A DNA stretch of 64,000 bases from Escherichia coli (lineage in GTDB: Bacteria; Pseudomonadota; Gammaproteobacteria; Enterobacterales; Enterobacteriaceae). Where the stretch lies: assembly GCF_011045215.1 (NCBI RefSeq), contig NZ_CP049201.1; one strand, written 5' to 3'. Below are positions 13,496 to 26,638 of this stretch, piece after piece; positions within the stretch are counted from its first letter, which is position 1; the number at the start of each line of letters is the position of its first letter. A model generated the notes under the pieces. The model did no database searches. It was given only the letters and a program-made list of their open reading frames with translations, and was not told the origin of the DNA. Both the position numbers and the translations under genes were made by a program.

Positions 13496-15343
13496 ATGCC
13501 AATTCAGGTCTTACCGCCACAACTGGCGAACCAGATTGCCGCAGGTGAGGTGGTCGAGCGACCTGCGTCGGTAGTCAAAGAACTGGTGGAAAACAGCCTC
13601 GATGCAGGTGCGACGCGTATCGATATTGATATCGAACGCGGTGGGGCGAAACTTATCCGCATTCGTGATAACGGCTGTGGTATCAAAAAAGACGAGCTGG
13701 CGCTGGCGCTGGCGCGTCATGCCACCAGTAAAATCGCCTCTCTGGACGATCTCGAAGCCATTATCAGCCTGGGCTTTCGCGGTGAGGCGCTGGCGAGTAT
13801 CAGTTCGGTTTCCCGCCTGACGCTCACTTCACGCACCGCAGAACAGCAGGAAGCCTGGCAGGCCTATGCCGAAGGGCGCGATATGGACGTGACGGTTAAA
13901 CCGGCGGCGCATCCGGTGGGAACGACGCTGGAGGTACTGGACCTGTTCTACAACACCCCGGCGCGGCGCAAATTCCTGCGCACCGAGAAAACCGAATTTA
14001 ACCATATCGATGAAATCATCCGCCGCATCGCACTGGCGCGTTTCGACGTCACGATCAACCTGTCGCATAACGGCAAAATCGTACGCCAGTACCGCGCGGT
14101 GCCGGAAGGCGGGCAAAAAGAACGGCGCTTAGGCGCGATTTGTGGCACCGCTTTTCTCGAACAAGCGCTGGCGATTGAATGGCAACACGGCGATCTCACG
14201 CTGCGCGGCTGGGTGGCCGATCCAAATCACACCACGCCCGCACTGGCGGAAATTCAGTATTGCTACGTGAATGGTCGCATGATGCGCGATCGCCTGATCA
14301 ATCACGCGATCCGCCAGGCCTGTGAAGACAAACTGGGGGCCGATCAGCAACCTGCATTTGTGTTGTATCTGGAGATCGACCCGCATCAGGTGGACGTCAA
14401 CGTGCACCCCGCCAAACACGAAGTGCGTTTTCATCAGTCGCGTCTGGTGCATGACTTTATCTATCAGGGCGTGCTGAGCGTGCTACAACAGCAACTGGAA
14501 ACGCCGCTACCGCTGGACGATGAACCCCAACCTGCACCGCGTCCCATTCCGGAAAACCGCGTGGCGGCGGGGCGCAATCACTTTGCTGAACCGGCAGTTC
14601 GTGAGCCAGTAGCTCCGCGCTACACTCCTGCGCCAGCATCAGGCAGTCGTCCGGCTGCCCCCTGGCCGAATGCGCAGCCAGGTTACCAGAAACAGCAAGG
14701 TGAAGTGTATCGCCAGCTTTTGCAAACGCCCGCGCCGATGCAAAAACCAAAAGCGCCGGAACCGCAGGAACCTGCACTTGCGGCGAACAGTCAGAGTTTT
14801 GGTCGGGTACTGACTATCGTCCATTCCGACTGTGCGTTGCTGGAGCGCGACGGCAACATTTCACTTTTAGCCTTGCCAGTGGCAGAACGTTGGCTGCGTC
14901 AGGTACAACTGACGCCGGGTGAAGCGCCCGTTTGCGCCCAGCCGTTGCTGATTCCGTTGCGGCTAAAAGTTTCTGGCGAAGAAAAATCGGCATTAGAAAA
15001 AGCGCAGTCTGCCCTGGCGGAATTGGGTATTGATTTCCAGTCAGATGCACAGCATGTGACCATCAGGGCCGTGCCTTTACCCTTACGCCAACAAAATTTA
15101 CAAATCTTGATTCCTGAACTGATAGGCTACCTGGCGAAGCAGTCCGTATTCGAACCTGGCAATATTGCGCAGTGGATTGCACGAAATCTGATGAGCGAAC
15201 ATGCGCAGTGGTCAATGGCACAGGCCATAACCCTGCTGGCGGACGTGGAACGGTTATGTCCGCAACTTGTGAAAACGCCGCCGGGTGGTCTGTTACAATC
15301 TGTTGATTTACATCCGGCGATAAAAGCCCTGAAAGATGAGTGA
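13496..15343 (+). CDS. mutL: DNA mismatch repair protein MutL
   Basis: 615 aa from [23 protein letters not shown]; GHKL ATPase motifs; operon context amiB-mutL-miaA-hfq. Confidence 0.95.
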
Positions 15344-16286
15344 TATCAGTAAGGCGAGCCTGCCTAAGGCGATTTTTTTGATGGGGCCGACGGCCTCCGG
15401 TAAAACGGCGTTAGCCATTGAGCTGCGTAAAATTTTACCAGTAGAGTTGATAAGCGTTGATTCTGCCCTTATTTACAAAGGGATGGATATCGGGACGGCG
15501 AAGCCGAACGCTGAAGAGTTACTCGCCGCGCCGCACCGATTGCTGGATATTCGCGATCCGTCGCAGGCTTACTCGGCTGCTGATTTTCGCCGCGATGCGC
15601 TGGCGGAAATGGCCGATATCACCGCGGCGGGGCGGATCCCACTGTTAGTGGGCGGTACGATGTTGTATTTCAAGGCATTGCTGGAAGGGTTGTCGCCGCT
15701 ACCGTCGGCAGACCCGGAAGTACGGGCCAGAATTGAGCAACAGGCGGCAGAGCAAGGTTGGGAGTCATTGCATCGTCAACTTCAGGAGATCGATCCGGTT
15801 GCGGCAGCAAGGATTCATCCAAATGATCCACAAAGGCTTTCCCGGGCACTGGAAGTTTTTTTCATTTCGGGTAAAACTTTAACGGAACTGACGCAAACGT
15901 CAGGAGACGCTCTACCGTATCAGGTGCATCAGTTCGCCATCGCCCCGGCGAGCCGTGAACTGCTCCATCAACGAATTGAGCAGCGTTTTCATCAGATGTT
16001 GGCTTCAGGTTTTGAAGCAGAAGTCCGGGCGCTTTTTGCCCGAGGAGATTTGCATACGGACTTGCCTTCCATTCGTTGCGTGGGTTATCGCCAGATGTGG
16101 TCTTACCTTGAAGGCGAAATCTCATACGATGAAATGGTTTATCGAGGTGTTTGCGCCACGAGACAGTTGGCGAAGCGGCAGATAACCTGGCTGCGTGGTT
16201 GGGAAGGGGTTCACTGGCTTGACAGTGAAAAACCAGAACAGGCGCGTGACGAAGTATTACAGGTTGTTGGTGCTATCGCAGGCTGA
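15336..16286 (+). CDS. miaA: tRNA dimethylallyltransferase MiaA
   Basis: 316-aa ORF with P-loop (GPTASGKT); overlaps mutL stop by 8 nt. Confidence 0.95.
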
Positions 16287-16359
16287 ATGTGTACAATTGA
16301 GACGTATCGTGCGCAATTTTTTCAGAATCGAAAGGTTCAAAGTACAAATAAGCATATAA

Positions 16360-16680
<321 letters not shown>

Positions 16681-16756
16681 GGTTTCGGGCTGTTTTTTTT
16701 ACACGGGGAGCCAGCGATCCTGCGTTCCCCGCTGATCTATTTAGAGGGTTATACGC

Positions 16757-18037
16757 TTGTTTGACCGTTATGATGCTGGTGAGCAGGCGGTACTGGTACA
16801 CATCTATTTTACGCAAGACAAAGATATGGAAGACCTCCAGGAGTTTGAATCTCTGGTCTCTTCCGCCGGTGTCGAAGCATTGCAGGTGATTACCGGTAGC
16901 CGTAAAGCGCCGCACCCAAAGTATTTTGTAGGTGAAGGTAAAGCAGTTGAAATTGCGGAAGCTGTCAAAGCGACGGGTGCTTCGGTCGTTCTTTTTGACC
17001 ATGCCCTGAGCCCGGCGCAAGAGCGTAACCTGGAGCGTTTGTGCGAGTGTCGTGTTATCGACCGCACCGGCCTTATTTTAGATATTTTCGCCCAACGTGC
17101 GCGTACCCATGAGGGTAAGTTGCAGGTTGAGCTGGCGCAGCTGCGCCATCTGGCTACACGCCTGGTGCGTGGCTGGACCCACCTTGAAAGACAGAAAGGC
17201 GGGATTGGTTTGCGTGGTCCGGGTGAAACCCAGCTCGAAACCGACCGTCGTTTGTTGCGTAATCGCATCGTGCAGATACAGTCGCGCCTGGAAAGAGTTG
17301 AAAAGCAGCGTGAGCAGGGGCGGCAATCGCGTATCAAAGCCGACGTTCCTACTGTTTCGCTGGTGGGATATACCAACGCCGGTAAATCTACCCTTTTCAA
17401 TCGCATCACCGAAGCGCGGGTCTACGCGGCAGACCAGTTGTTTGCCACCCTCGACCCGACGTTGCGGCGTATTGACGTTGCAGATGTCGGTGAAACCGTA
17501 CTTGCAGATACCGTAGGGTTTATTCGCCACCTGCCGCACGATCTGGTGGCAGCATTTAAAGCCACGTTACAAGAGACGCGGCAAGCCACATTGCTGCTGC
17601 ATGTGATTGATGCGGCGGATGTGCGTGTACAAGAAAACATCGAAGCGGTGAATACGGTTCTTGAAGAGATCGACGCTCACGAGATCACAACCCTGCTGGT
17701 GATGAACAAGATCGATATGCTGGAAGATTTCGAACCGCGTATTGATCGGGACGAAGAGAACAAACCGATCCGTGTCTGGCTTTCCGCACAGACCGGAGCG
17801 GGGATACCACAGCTTTTTCAGGCTTTGACGGAGCGGCTTTCCGGCGAGGTGGCGCAGCATACATTGCGTCTGCCACCGCAGGAAGGGCGTCTGAGAAGTC
17901 GTTTTTATCAGCTTCAGGCAATAGAAAAAGAGTGGATGGAGGAGGACGGCAGCGTAAGTCTGCAAGTTCGTATGCCGATCGTTGACTGGCGTCGCCTCTG
18001 TAAACAAGAACCGGCGTTGATCGATTACCTGATCTAA
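16757..18037 (+). CDS. hflX: Ribosome-associated GTPase HflX
   Basis: 426-aa ORF with G-motifs ([21 protein letters not shown]). Confidence 0.95.
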   Translation: MFDRYDAGEQAVLVHIYFTQDKDMEDLQEFESLVSSAGVEALQVITGSRKAPHPKYFVGEGKAVEIAEAVKATGASVVLFDHALSPAQERNLERLCECRVIDRTGLILDIFAQRARTHEGKLQVELAQLRHLATRLVRGWTHLERQKGGIGLRGPGETQLETDRRLLRNRIVQIQSRLERVEKQREQGRQSRIKADVPTVSLVGYTNAGKSTLFNRITEARVYAADQLFATLDPTLRRIDVADVGETVLADTVGFIRHLPHDLVAAFKATLQETRQATLLLHVIDAADVRVQENIEAVNTVLEEIDAHEITTLLVMNKIDMLEDFEPRIDRDEENKPIRVWLSAQTGAGIPQLFQALTERLSGEVAQHTLRLPPQEGRLRSRFYQLQAIEKEWMEEDGSVSLQVRMPIVDWRRLCKQEPALIDYLI

Positions 18038-18122
18038 CGGCGTAGCGTCTGAAGCGTGGAGTCATATCCTCTGGCGTCGAAAGACAACAGGGATCACCGC
18101 ATAACAAATATGGAGCACAAAC

Positions 18123-19382
18123 ATGGCGTGGAATCAGCCCGGTAATAACGGACAAGACCGCGACCCGTGGGGAAGCAGCAAACCTGGCGGCAACTCTGAG
18201 GGAAATGGAAACAAAGGCGGTCGCGATCAAGGGCCACCTGATTTAGATGATATCTTCCGCAAACTGAGCAAAAAGCTCGGTGGTCTGGGCGGCGGTAAAG
18301 GCACCGGATCTGGCGGTGGCAGTTCATCGCAAGGCCCGCGCCCGCAGCTTGGCGGTCGTGTCGTTACCATCGCAGCGGCAGCGATTGTCATTATCTGGGC
18401 GGCCAGTGGTTTCTATACCATTAAAGAAGCCGAACGTGGCGTGGTAACACGCTTTGGTAAATTCAGCCATCTGGTTGAGCCGGGTCTGAACTGGAAACCG
18501 ACGTTTATCGACGAAGTCAAACCGGTGAACGTGGAAGCCGTGCGTGAACTGGCCGCTTCTGGTGTGATGCTGACGTCGGACGAGAACGTAGTGCGCGTTG
18601 AGATGAACGTGCAGTACCGCGTCACCAATCCGGAAAAATATCTGTATAGCGTGACCAGCCCGGATGACAGCCTGCGTCAGGCTACCGACAGCGCCCTGCG
18701 TGGAGTTATCGGTAAATACACCATGGACCGCATTCTGACGGAAGGTCGTACCGTGATTCGTAGCGATACTCAGCGCGAACTGGAAGAGACTATCCGCCCG
18801 TATGACATGGGTATCACGCTGCTGGACGTCAACTTCCAGGCTGCTCGTCCGCCGGAAGAAGTAAAAGCGGCGTTTGACGATGCGATTGCCGCGCGTGAAA
18901 ACGAACAGCAATACATTCGTGAAGCAGAAGCGTATACCAACGAAGTTCAGCCGCGTGCGAACGGTCAGGCGCAACGTATCCTCGAAGAGGCGCGTGCGTA
19001 CAAGGCCCAGACCATCCTGGAAGCTCAGGGTGAAGTGGCGCGCTTTGCTAAACTTCTGCCGGAATATAAAGCCGCGCCGGAAATTACTCGCGAGCGTCTG
19101 TATATCGAGACGATGGAAAAAGTGTTGGGTAACACCCGCAAAGTGCTGGTTAACGATAAAGGTGGCAACCTGATGGTTCTGCCGTTAGACCAGATGCTGA
19201 AAGGTGGTAACGCCCCTGCGGCGAAGAGCGATAACGGTGCCAGCAATCTGCTGCGTCTGCCGCCAGCCTCTTCCTCCACAACCAGTGGAGCAAGCAACAC
19301 GTCGTCCACCAGTCAGGGCGATATTATGGACCAACGCCGCGCCAACGCGCAGCGTAACGACTACCAGCGTCAGGGGGAATAA
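18123..19382 (+). CDS. hflK: FtsH protease modulator HflK (SPFH/band-7 family)
   Basis: 419-aa ORF; Gly-rich N-terminus, single TM segment, SPFH domain. Confidence 0.95.
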   Translation: MAWNQPGNNGQDRDPWGSSKPGGNSEGNGNKGGRDQGPPDLDDIFRKLSKKLGGLGGGKGTGSGGGSSSQGPRPQLGGRVVTIAAAAIVIIWAASGFYTIKEAERGVVTRFGKFSHLVEPGLNWKPTFIDEVKPVNVEAVRELAASGVMLTSDENVVRVEMNVQYRVTNPEKYLYSVTSPDDSLRQATDSALRGVIGKYTMDRILTEGRTVIRSDTQRELEETIRPYDMGITLLDVNFQAARPPEEVKAAFDDAIAARENEQQYIREAEAYTNEVQPRANGQAQRILEEARAYKAQTILEAQGEVARFAKLLPEYKAAPEITRERLYIETMEKVLGNTRKVLVNDKGGNLMVLPLDQMLKGGNAPAAKSDNGASNLLRLPPASSSTTSGASNTSSTSQGDIMDQRRANAQRNDYQRQGE

Positions 19383-19384
19383 CG

Positions 19385-20389
19385 ATGCGTAAGTCAGTTA
19401 TCGCGATTATCATCATCGTGCTGGTAGTGCTTTACATGTCTGTCTTTGTCGTCAAAGAAGGTGAGCGCGGTATTACGCTGCGTTTTGGTAAGGTACTGCG
19501 TGACGATGACAACAAACCTCTGGTTTATGAGCCGGGTCTGCATTTCAAGATACCGTTCATTGAAACGGTGAAAATGCTCGACGCACGTATTCAGACCATG
19601 GACAACCAGGCCGACCGCTTTGTGACCAAAGAGAAGAAAGACCTGATCGTCGACTCTTACATCAAATGGCGCATCAGCGATTTCAGCCGTTACTACCTGG
19701 CAACGGGTGGTGGCGACATTTCGCAAGCGGAAGTGCTGTTGAAACGTAAGTTCTCTGACCGTCTGCGTTCTGAAATTGGTCGCCTGGACGTGAAAGATAT
19801 CGTCACTGATTCCCGTGGTCGTCTGACCCTCGAAGTACGTGACGCGCTGAACTCCGGTTCTGCGGGTACAGAAGATGAAGTTACTACCCCGGCGGCAGAT
19901 AACGCCATTGCCGAAGCGGCAGAGCGCGTAACGGCTGAGACGAAGGGCAAAGTTCCGGTCATCAACCCGAACAGTATGGCGGCGCTGGGTATTGAAGTTG
20001 TCGATGTGCGTATCAAGCAGATCAACCTGCCGACCGAAGTGTCTGAAGCGATCTACAACCGTATGCGCGCCGAGCGTGAAGCGGTAGCGCGTCGTCACCG
20101 TTCACAAGGTCAGGAAGAAGCGGAAAAACTGCGCGCGACTGCCGACTATGAAGTGACCAGAACGCTGGCAGAAGCTGAGCGTCAGGGCCGTATCATGCGT
20201 GGTGAAGGCGATGCCGAAGCAGCCAAACTGTTTGCTGATGCATTCAGTAAAGATCCGGACTTCTACGCATTCATCCGTAGCCTGCGTGCTTATGAGAACA
20301 GCTTCTCTGGCAATCAGGACGTGATGGTCATGAGCCCGGATAGCGATTTCTTCCGCTACATGAAGACGCCGACTTCCGCAACGCGTTAA
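19385..20389 (+). CDS. hflC: FtsH protease modulator HflC (SPFH/band-7 family)
   Basis: 334-aa ORF directly following hflK; N-terminal TM segment plus SPFH domain. Confidence 0.95.
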   Translation: MRKSVIAIIIIVLVVLYMSVFVVKEGERGITLRFGKVLRDDDNKPLVYEPGLHFKIPFIETVKMLDARIQTMDNQADRFVTKEKKDLIVDSYIKWRISDFSRYYLATGGGDISQAEVLLKRKFSDRLRSEIGRLDVKDIVTDSRGRLTLEVRDALNSGSAGTEDEVTTPAADNAIAEAAERVTAETKGKVPVINPNSMAALGIEVVDVRIKQINLPTEVSEAIYNRMRAEREAVARRHRSQGQEEAEKLRATADYEVTRTLAEAERQGRIMRGEGDAEAAKLFADAFSKDPDFYAFIRSLRAYENSFSGNQDVMVMSPDSDFFRYMKTPTSATR

Positions 20390-20417
20390 TATAACGACTG
20401 CGGTACAGGTCAATAAA

Positions 20418-20456
20418 GCCACCGCATCCTCAGGGATGTCGGTGGTTTTCTTTTTC
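20418..20456 (+). terminator. Intrinsic terminator after hflC
   Basis: GC-rich stem GCCACCG ... CGGTGG followed by T-tract TTTTCTTTTTC. Confidence 0.75.
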
Positions 20457-20470
20457 TATAAGGATAATGA

Positions 20471-20668
20471 ATGAATTCGACAATCTGGCTGGCGCTTGCC
20501 CTGGTTTTGGTACTGGAAGGTTTAGGGCCGATGCTTTACCCGAAGGCATGGAAGAAGATGATCTCTGCGATGACCAATTTGCCCGATAATATTTTACGTC
20601 GTTTTGGCGGTGGACTTGTGGTTGCGGGCGTTGTGGTCTACTACATGTTGAGGAAAACGATTGGCTGA
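20471..20668 (+). CDS. yjeT: Small inner-membrane protein YjeT (DUF2065)
   Basis: 65-aa ORF with two hydrophobic segments; position between hflC and purA. Confidence 0.85.
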   Translation: MNSTIWLALALVLVLEGLGPMLYPKAWKKMISAMTNLPDNILRRFGGGLVVAGVVVYYMLRKTIG

Positions 20669-20749
20669 ACAAAAAACAGACTGATCGAGGTCATTTTTGA
20701 GTGCAAAAAGTGCTGTAACTCTGAAAAAGCGATGGTAGAATCCATTTTT

Positions 20750-20765
20750 AAGCAAACGGTGATTT
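20750..20765 (+). promoter_or_regulatory. Candidate PurR operator in the purA promoter region
   Basis: AAGCAAACGGTGATTT resembles the PurR box (GCAAACG core) a few nt upstream of the purA start. Confidence 0.45.
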
Positions 20766-20768
20766 TGA

Positions 20769-22070
<1,302 letters not shown>

Positions 22071-22124
22071 TTCTGGTACGCCTGGCAGATATTTTGCCTG
22101 CCGGGCTAACAGTGTGATACATTG

Positions 22125-22181
22125 CTGTGTCGGTTAAGCCATTACGCTATCCGACACAGTGTTAAATCCTCGCTTTTTTCC
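22125..22181 (+). terminator. Stem-loop plus T-tract downstream of purA (candidate terminator)
   Basis: 9-bp inverted repeat CTGTGTCGG ... CCGACACAG with a large loop, followed by CGCTTTTTTCC at 22171-22181. Confidence 0.4.
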
Positions 22182-22274
22182 TTCCCCGAACTGAAATAAA
22201 TTAGCGACACAGCTTGTGGCTGGTTTATCATCAATATAAATGTATTTTTTCCCGATTTCCCTTTTGAGGTTGAT

Positions 22275-22700
22275 GTGCAGTTAACGAGTTTCACTGATTA
22301 CGGATTACGTGCGCTGATCTACATGGCGTCATTGCCAGAAGGGCGGATGACCAGTATTTCTGAAGTGACTGACGTCTACGGCGTCTCCCGTAATCATATG
22401 GTCAAAATAATCAATCAACTTAGTCGTGCCGGCTACGTGACTGCTGTTCGTGGAAAAAATGGCGGCATTCGCCTGGGTAAACCGGCGAGTGCGATACGTA
22501 TTGGTGATGTGGTGCGCGAGCTGGAGCCCTTATCGCTGGTGAATTGCAGCAGTGAGTTTTGCCACATTACACCTGCCTGTAGGTTGAAACAGGCACTTTC
22601 TAAGGCCGTGCAAAGTTTTCTTACGGAACTGGATAACTACACGCTTGCCGATTTGGTTGAAGAGAATCAACCGCTTTATAAATTATTGCTGGTGGAGTGA
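22275..22700 (+). CDS. nsrR: Nitric-oxide-sensing transcriptional repressor NsrR (Rrf2 family)
   Basis: 141-aa ORF from a GTG start; N-terminal HTH and C-terminal Cys ligands ([12 protein letters not shown]) for the Fe-S cluster. Confidence 0.93.
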
Positions 22701-22738
22701 CGAAAATCTTCATCAGAGATGACAACGGAGGAACCGAG

Positions 22739-25180
22739 ATGTCACAAGATCCTTTCCAGGAACGCGAAGCTGAAAAATACGCGAATCCCATCCCTAGTCG
22801 GGAATTTATCCTCGAACATTTAACCAAACGTGAAAAACCGGCCAGCCGTGATGAGCTGGCGGTAGAACTGCACATTGAAGGCGAAGAGCAGCTTGAAGGC
22901 CTGCGTCGCCGCCTGCGCGCGATGGAGCGCGATGGTCAACTGGTCTTCACTCGTCGTCAGTGCTATGCGCTGCCGGAACGCCTCGACCTGGTGAAAGGTA
23001 CCGTTATTGGCCACCGTGATGGCTACGGCTTTCTGCGGGTTGAAGGGCGTAAAGATGATTTGTATCTCTCCAGCGAGCAGATGAAAACCTGCATTCATGG
23101 CGATCAGGTGCTGGCTCAGCCGCTGGGTGCTGACCGTAAAGGTCGTCGTGAAGCGCGTATTGTCCGCGTACTGGTGCCAAAAACCAGCCAGATTGTTGGT
23201 CGCTACTTTACCGAAGCGGGCGTCGGCTTTGTGGTTCCTGACGACAGCCGTCTGAGCTTCGATATCTTAATCCCGCCCGATCAGATCATGGGCGCGCGGA
23301 TGGGCTTTGTGGTCGTAGTCGAACTGACTCAGCGTCCGACTCGCCGCACCAAAGCGGTGGGTAAAATCGTCGAAGTCCTTGGCGATAATATGGGCACCGG
23401 CATGGCGGTTGATATCGCTCTGCGTACCCATGAAATTCCGTACATCTGGCCGCAGGCTGTTGAGCAACAGGTTGCCGGGCTGAAAGAAGAAGTGCCGGAA
23501 GAAGCAAAAGCGGGCCGTGTTGATCTGCGCGATTTACCGCTGGTCACCATTGATGGCGAAGACGCCCGTGATTTTGACGATGCAGTTTACTGCGAGAAAA
23601 AACGCGGCGGCGGCTGGCGTTTATGGGTCGCGATTGCTGACGTCAGCTACTATGTGCGTCCGCCAACGCCGCTGGACAGAGAAGCGCGTAACCGTGGCAC
23701 GTCGGTGTACTTCCCTTCGCAGGTTATCCCGATGCTGCCGGAAGTGCTCTCTAACGGCCTGTGTTCGCTCAACCCGCAGGTAGACCGCCTGTGTATGGTG
23801 TGCGAGATGACGGTTTCGTCGAAAGGCCGCCTGACTGGCTACAAATTCTACGAAGCGGTGATGAGCTCTCACGCGCGTCTGACCTACACCAAAGTCTGGC
23901 ATATTCTGCAGGGCGATCAGGATCTGCGCGAGCAGTACGCCCCGCTGGTTAAGCATCTCGAAGAGTTGCATAACCTCTATAAAGTGCTGGATAAAGCCCG
24001 TGAAGAACGCGGCGGGATCTCATTTGAGAGCGAAGAAGCGAAGTTCATTTTCAACGCTGAACGCCGTATTGAACGTATCGAACAGACTCAGCGTAACGAC
24101 GCACACAAGTTAATTGAAGAGTGCATGATTCTGGCGAATATCTCGGCGGCGCGTTTCGTTGAGAAAGCGAAAGAACCGGCACTGTTCCGTATTCACGACA
24201 AGCCGAGCACCGAAGCGATTACCTCTTTCCGTTCAGTGCTGGCGGAGCTGGGGCTGGAACTGCCGGGCGGTAACAAGCCGGAACCGCGTGACTACGCGGA
24301 GCTGCTGGAGTCGGTTGCCGATCGTCCTGATGCAGAAATGCTGCAAACCATGCTGCTGCGCTCGATGAAACAGGCGATTTACGATCCAGAAAACCGTGGT
24401 CACTTTGGCCTGGCATTGCAGTCCTATGCGCACTTTACTTCGCCGATTCGTCGTTATCCAGACCTGACGCTGCACCGCGCCATTAAATATCTGCTGGCGA
24501 AAGAGCAGGGGCATCAGGGTAACACCACTGAAACCGGCGGCTACCATTATTCGATGGAAGAGATGCTGCAACTGGGTCAGCACTGTTCGATGGCAGAACG
24601 TCGTGCCGACGAAGCAACGCGCGATGTGGCTGACTGGCTGAAGTGTGACTTCATGCTCGACCAGGTAGGTAACGTCTTTAAAGGCGTAATTTCCAGCGTC
24701 ACTGGCTTTGGCTTCTTCGTCCGTCTGGACGACTTGTTCATTGATGGTCTGGTCCATGTCTCTTCGCTGGACAATGACTACTATCGCTTTGACCAGGTAG
24801 GGCAACGCCTGATGGGTGAATCCAGCGGCCAGACTTATCGCCTGGGCGATCGCGTGGAAGTTCGCGTCGAAGCGGTTAATATGGACGAGCGCAAAATCGA
24901 CTTTAGCCTGATCTCCAGCGAACGCGCACCGCGCAACGTCGGTAAAACGGCGCGCGAGAAAGCGAAAAAAGGCGATGCAGGTAAAAAAGGCGGCAAGCGT
25001 CGTCAGGTCGGTAAAAAGGTAAACTTTGAGCCAGACAGCGCCTTCCGCGGTGAGAAAAAAACGAAGCCGAAAGCAGCGAAGAAAGACGCGAGAAAAGCGA
25101 AAAAGCCATCGGCGAAAACGCAGAAAATAGCTGCAGCGACCAAAGCGAAGCGTGCGGCGAAGAAAAAAGTGGCAGAGTGA
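22739..25180 (+). CDS. rnr: Ribonuclease R (3'-5' exoribonuclease, RNB family)
   Basis: 813 aa from [19 protein letters not shown]; cold-shock and RNB domains, S1 domain, lysine-rich basic C-terminal tail. Confidence 0.95.
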   Translation: MSQDPFQEREAEKYANPIPSREFILEHLTKREKPASRDELAVELHIEGEEQLEGLRRRLRAMERDGQLVFTRRQCYALPERLDLVKGTVIGHRDGYGFLRVEGRKDDLYLSSEQMKTCIHGDQVLAQPLGADRKGRREARIVRVLVPKTSQIVGRYFTEAGVGFVVPDDSRLSFDILIPPDQIMGARMGFVVVVELTQRPTRRTKAVGKIVEVLGDNMGTGMAVDIALRTHEIPYIWPQAVEQQVAGLKEEVPEEAKAGRVDLRDLPLVTIDGEDARDFDDAVYCEKKRGGGWRLWVAIADVSYYVRPPTPLDREARNRGTSVYFPSQVIPMLPEVLSNGLCSLNPQVDRLCMVCEMTVSSKGRLTGYKFYEAVMSSHARLTYTKVWHILQGDQDLREQYAPLVKHLEELHNLYKVLDKAREERGGISFESEEAKFIFNAERRIERIEQTQRNDAHKLIEECMILANISAARFVEKAKEPALFRIHDKPSTEAITSFRSVLAELGLELPGGNKPEPRDYAELLESVADRPDAEMLQTMLLRSMKQAIYDPENRGHFGLALQSYAHFTSPIRRYPDLTLHRAIKYLLAKEQGHQGNTTETGGYHYSMEEMLQLGQHCSMAERRADEATRDVADWLKCDFMLDQVGNVFKGVISSVTGFGFFVRLDDLFIDGLVHVSSLDNDYYRFDQVGQRLMGESSGQTYRLGDRVEVRVEAVNMDERKIDFSLISSERAPRNVGKTAREKAKKGDAGKKGGKRRQVGKKVNFEPDSAFRGEKKTKPKAAKKDARKAKKPSAKTQKIAAATKAKRAAKKKVAE

Positions 25181-25238
25181 TCATTGCCCTCTTCAAACAG
25201 AAGAGGGTTAGATTGCTGACAAAATGCGCTTTGTTCAT

Positions 25239-25337
25239 GCCGGATGCGGCGTGAACGCCTTATCCGGCCTACATAATCACGCAAATTCAATATATTGCAG
25301 GGATCATGTAGACCGGATAAACGTAGTGCATCAGGCA
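25239..25337. repeat. REP/BIME element (one canonical REP plus a degenerate inverted copy)
   Basis: GCCGGATGCGGCGTGAACGCCTTATCCGGCCTACA at 25239-25273 is a canonical REP; a degenerate inverted partner lies at about 25306-25337. Confidence 0.7.
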
Positions 25338-25360
25338 AAACGTAAACAACGAGTACATTA

Positions 25361-26092
25361 ATGAGCGAAATGATTTACGGCATCCACGCAGTGCAGGCCC
25401 TGCTGGAGCGCGCCCCTGAACGTTTTCAGGAAGTCTTTATTTTAAAAGGCCGTGAAGATAAACGTCTGTTACCGCTGATTCACGCCCTTGAGTCTCAGGG
25501 CGTGGTTATCCAGTTGGCAAACCGCCAATATCTCGACGAGAAAAGCGACGGTGCCGTGCATCAGGGCATTATCGCCCGCGTGAAGCCAGGACGTCAGTAT
25601 CAGGAAAACGATCTGCCGGATCTGATCGCTTCGCTCGATCAACCGTTCCTGCTGATCCTCGACGGTGTAACCGATCCGCACAACCTCGGCGCGTGCCTGC
25701 GTAGCGCGGACGCTGCTGGCGTTCACGCGGTGATTGTGCCGAAAGATCGCTCCGCACAGCTCAACGCCACGGCGAAAAAAGTAGCCTGCGGCGCGGCAGA
25801 AAGCGTTCCACTGATTCGGGTGACTAACCTTGCGCGCACCATGCGTATGTTGCAGGAAGAGAATATCTGGATCGTCGGTACGGCAGGTGAGGCGGATCAT
25901 ACGCTTTATCAAAGCAAAATGACCGGACGCCTGGCGCTGGTGATGGGCGCGGAAGGTGAAGGTATGCGTCGCCTGACCCGTGAACATTGCGATGAGTTGA
26001 TCAGCATCCCAATGGCAGGAAGTGTTTCTTCCCTGAACGTTTCGGTTGCAACCGGAATTTGCTTATTTGAAGCGGTGCGTCAGCGCAGCTAG
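25361..26092 (+). CDS. rlmB: 23S rRNA (guanosine2251-2'-O)-methyltransferase RlmB
   Basis: 243-aa ORF, SpoU/TrmH family motifs. Confidence 0.93.
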
Positions 26093-26107
26093 TTCCTCTG
26101 AATTATG

Positions 26108-26139
26108 AAAAGCCATCCAGATTTGGATGGCTTTTTTTT
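26108..26139 (+). terminator. Intrinsic terminator after rlmB
   Basis: Stem AAAGCCATCCA ... TGGATGGCTTT followed by an 8-T tract. Confidence 0.85.
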
Positions 26140-26218
26140 GTCTATAGCTGGTAAGATAATTACGTACTGCAAATATTCATTTTATTAATATTTAAACTAA
26201 ATCTATATGGAATAATAT

Positions 26219-26620
26219 ATGACATGGAATCCGTTGGCGCTGGCGACGGCGCTGCAAACTGTACCTGAACAAAATATTGATGTAACAAATAGCGATAACG
26301 CATTAATTATTAAAATGAATGATTATGGCGATTTGCAAATCAATATTCTTTTTACTTCCCGCCAAATGATTATCGAAACCTTTATTTGTCCGGTAAGTAG
26401 TATCAGCAATCCAGATGAATTTAATACCTTCTTATTAAGAAATCAGAAGATGATGCCGTTGTCATCGGTAGGAATCTCCAGCGTGCAACAGGAAGAGTAT
26501 TACATTGTTTTCGGGGCGTTATCGCTTAAATCTTCTCTTGAAGATATCCTGCTTGAGATAACCTCGCTGGTAGATAACGCATTGGATCTGGCTGAAATTA
26601 CAGAAGAATATTCACACTAA
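26219..26620 (+). CDS. yjfI: Uncharacterised protein YjfI (DUF2170)
   Basis: 133-aa ORF, first gene of the yjfIJKLMC cluster. Confidence 0.85.
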   Translation: MTWNPLALATALQTVPEQNIDVTNSDNALIIKMNDYGDLQINILFTSRQMIIETFICPVSSISNPDEFNTFLLRNQKMMPLSSVGISSVQQEEYYIVFGALSLKSSLEDILLEITSLVDNALDLAEITEEYSH

Positions 26621-26638
26621 TTACAAGGACGGGTATTT

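Noticed and set aside
16804-17409. Antisense and alternate-frame ORFs across hflX, hflK and hflC (for example 16804..17409, 18324..18974, 19394..20098)
   Set aside because: All overlap confidently assigned hflX/hflK/hflC coding sequence; treated as six-frame artefacts.
25239-25337. REP/BIME clusters (also 32042-32077, 52326-52430, 59195-59294) as possible CRISPR repeats
   Set aside because: They are canonical or degenerate REP palindromes, isolated or paired, without regularly spaced unique spacers or nearby cas genes.
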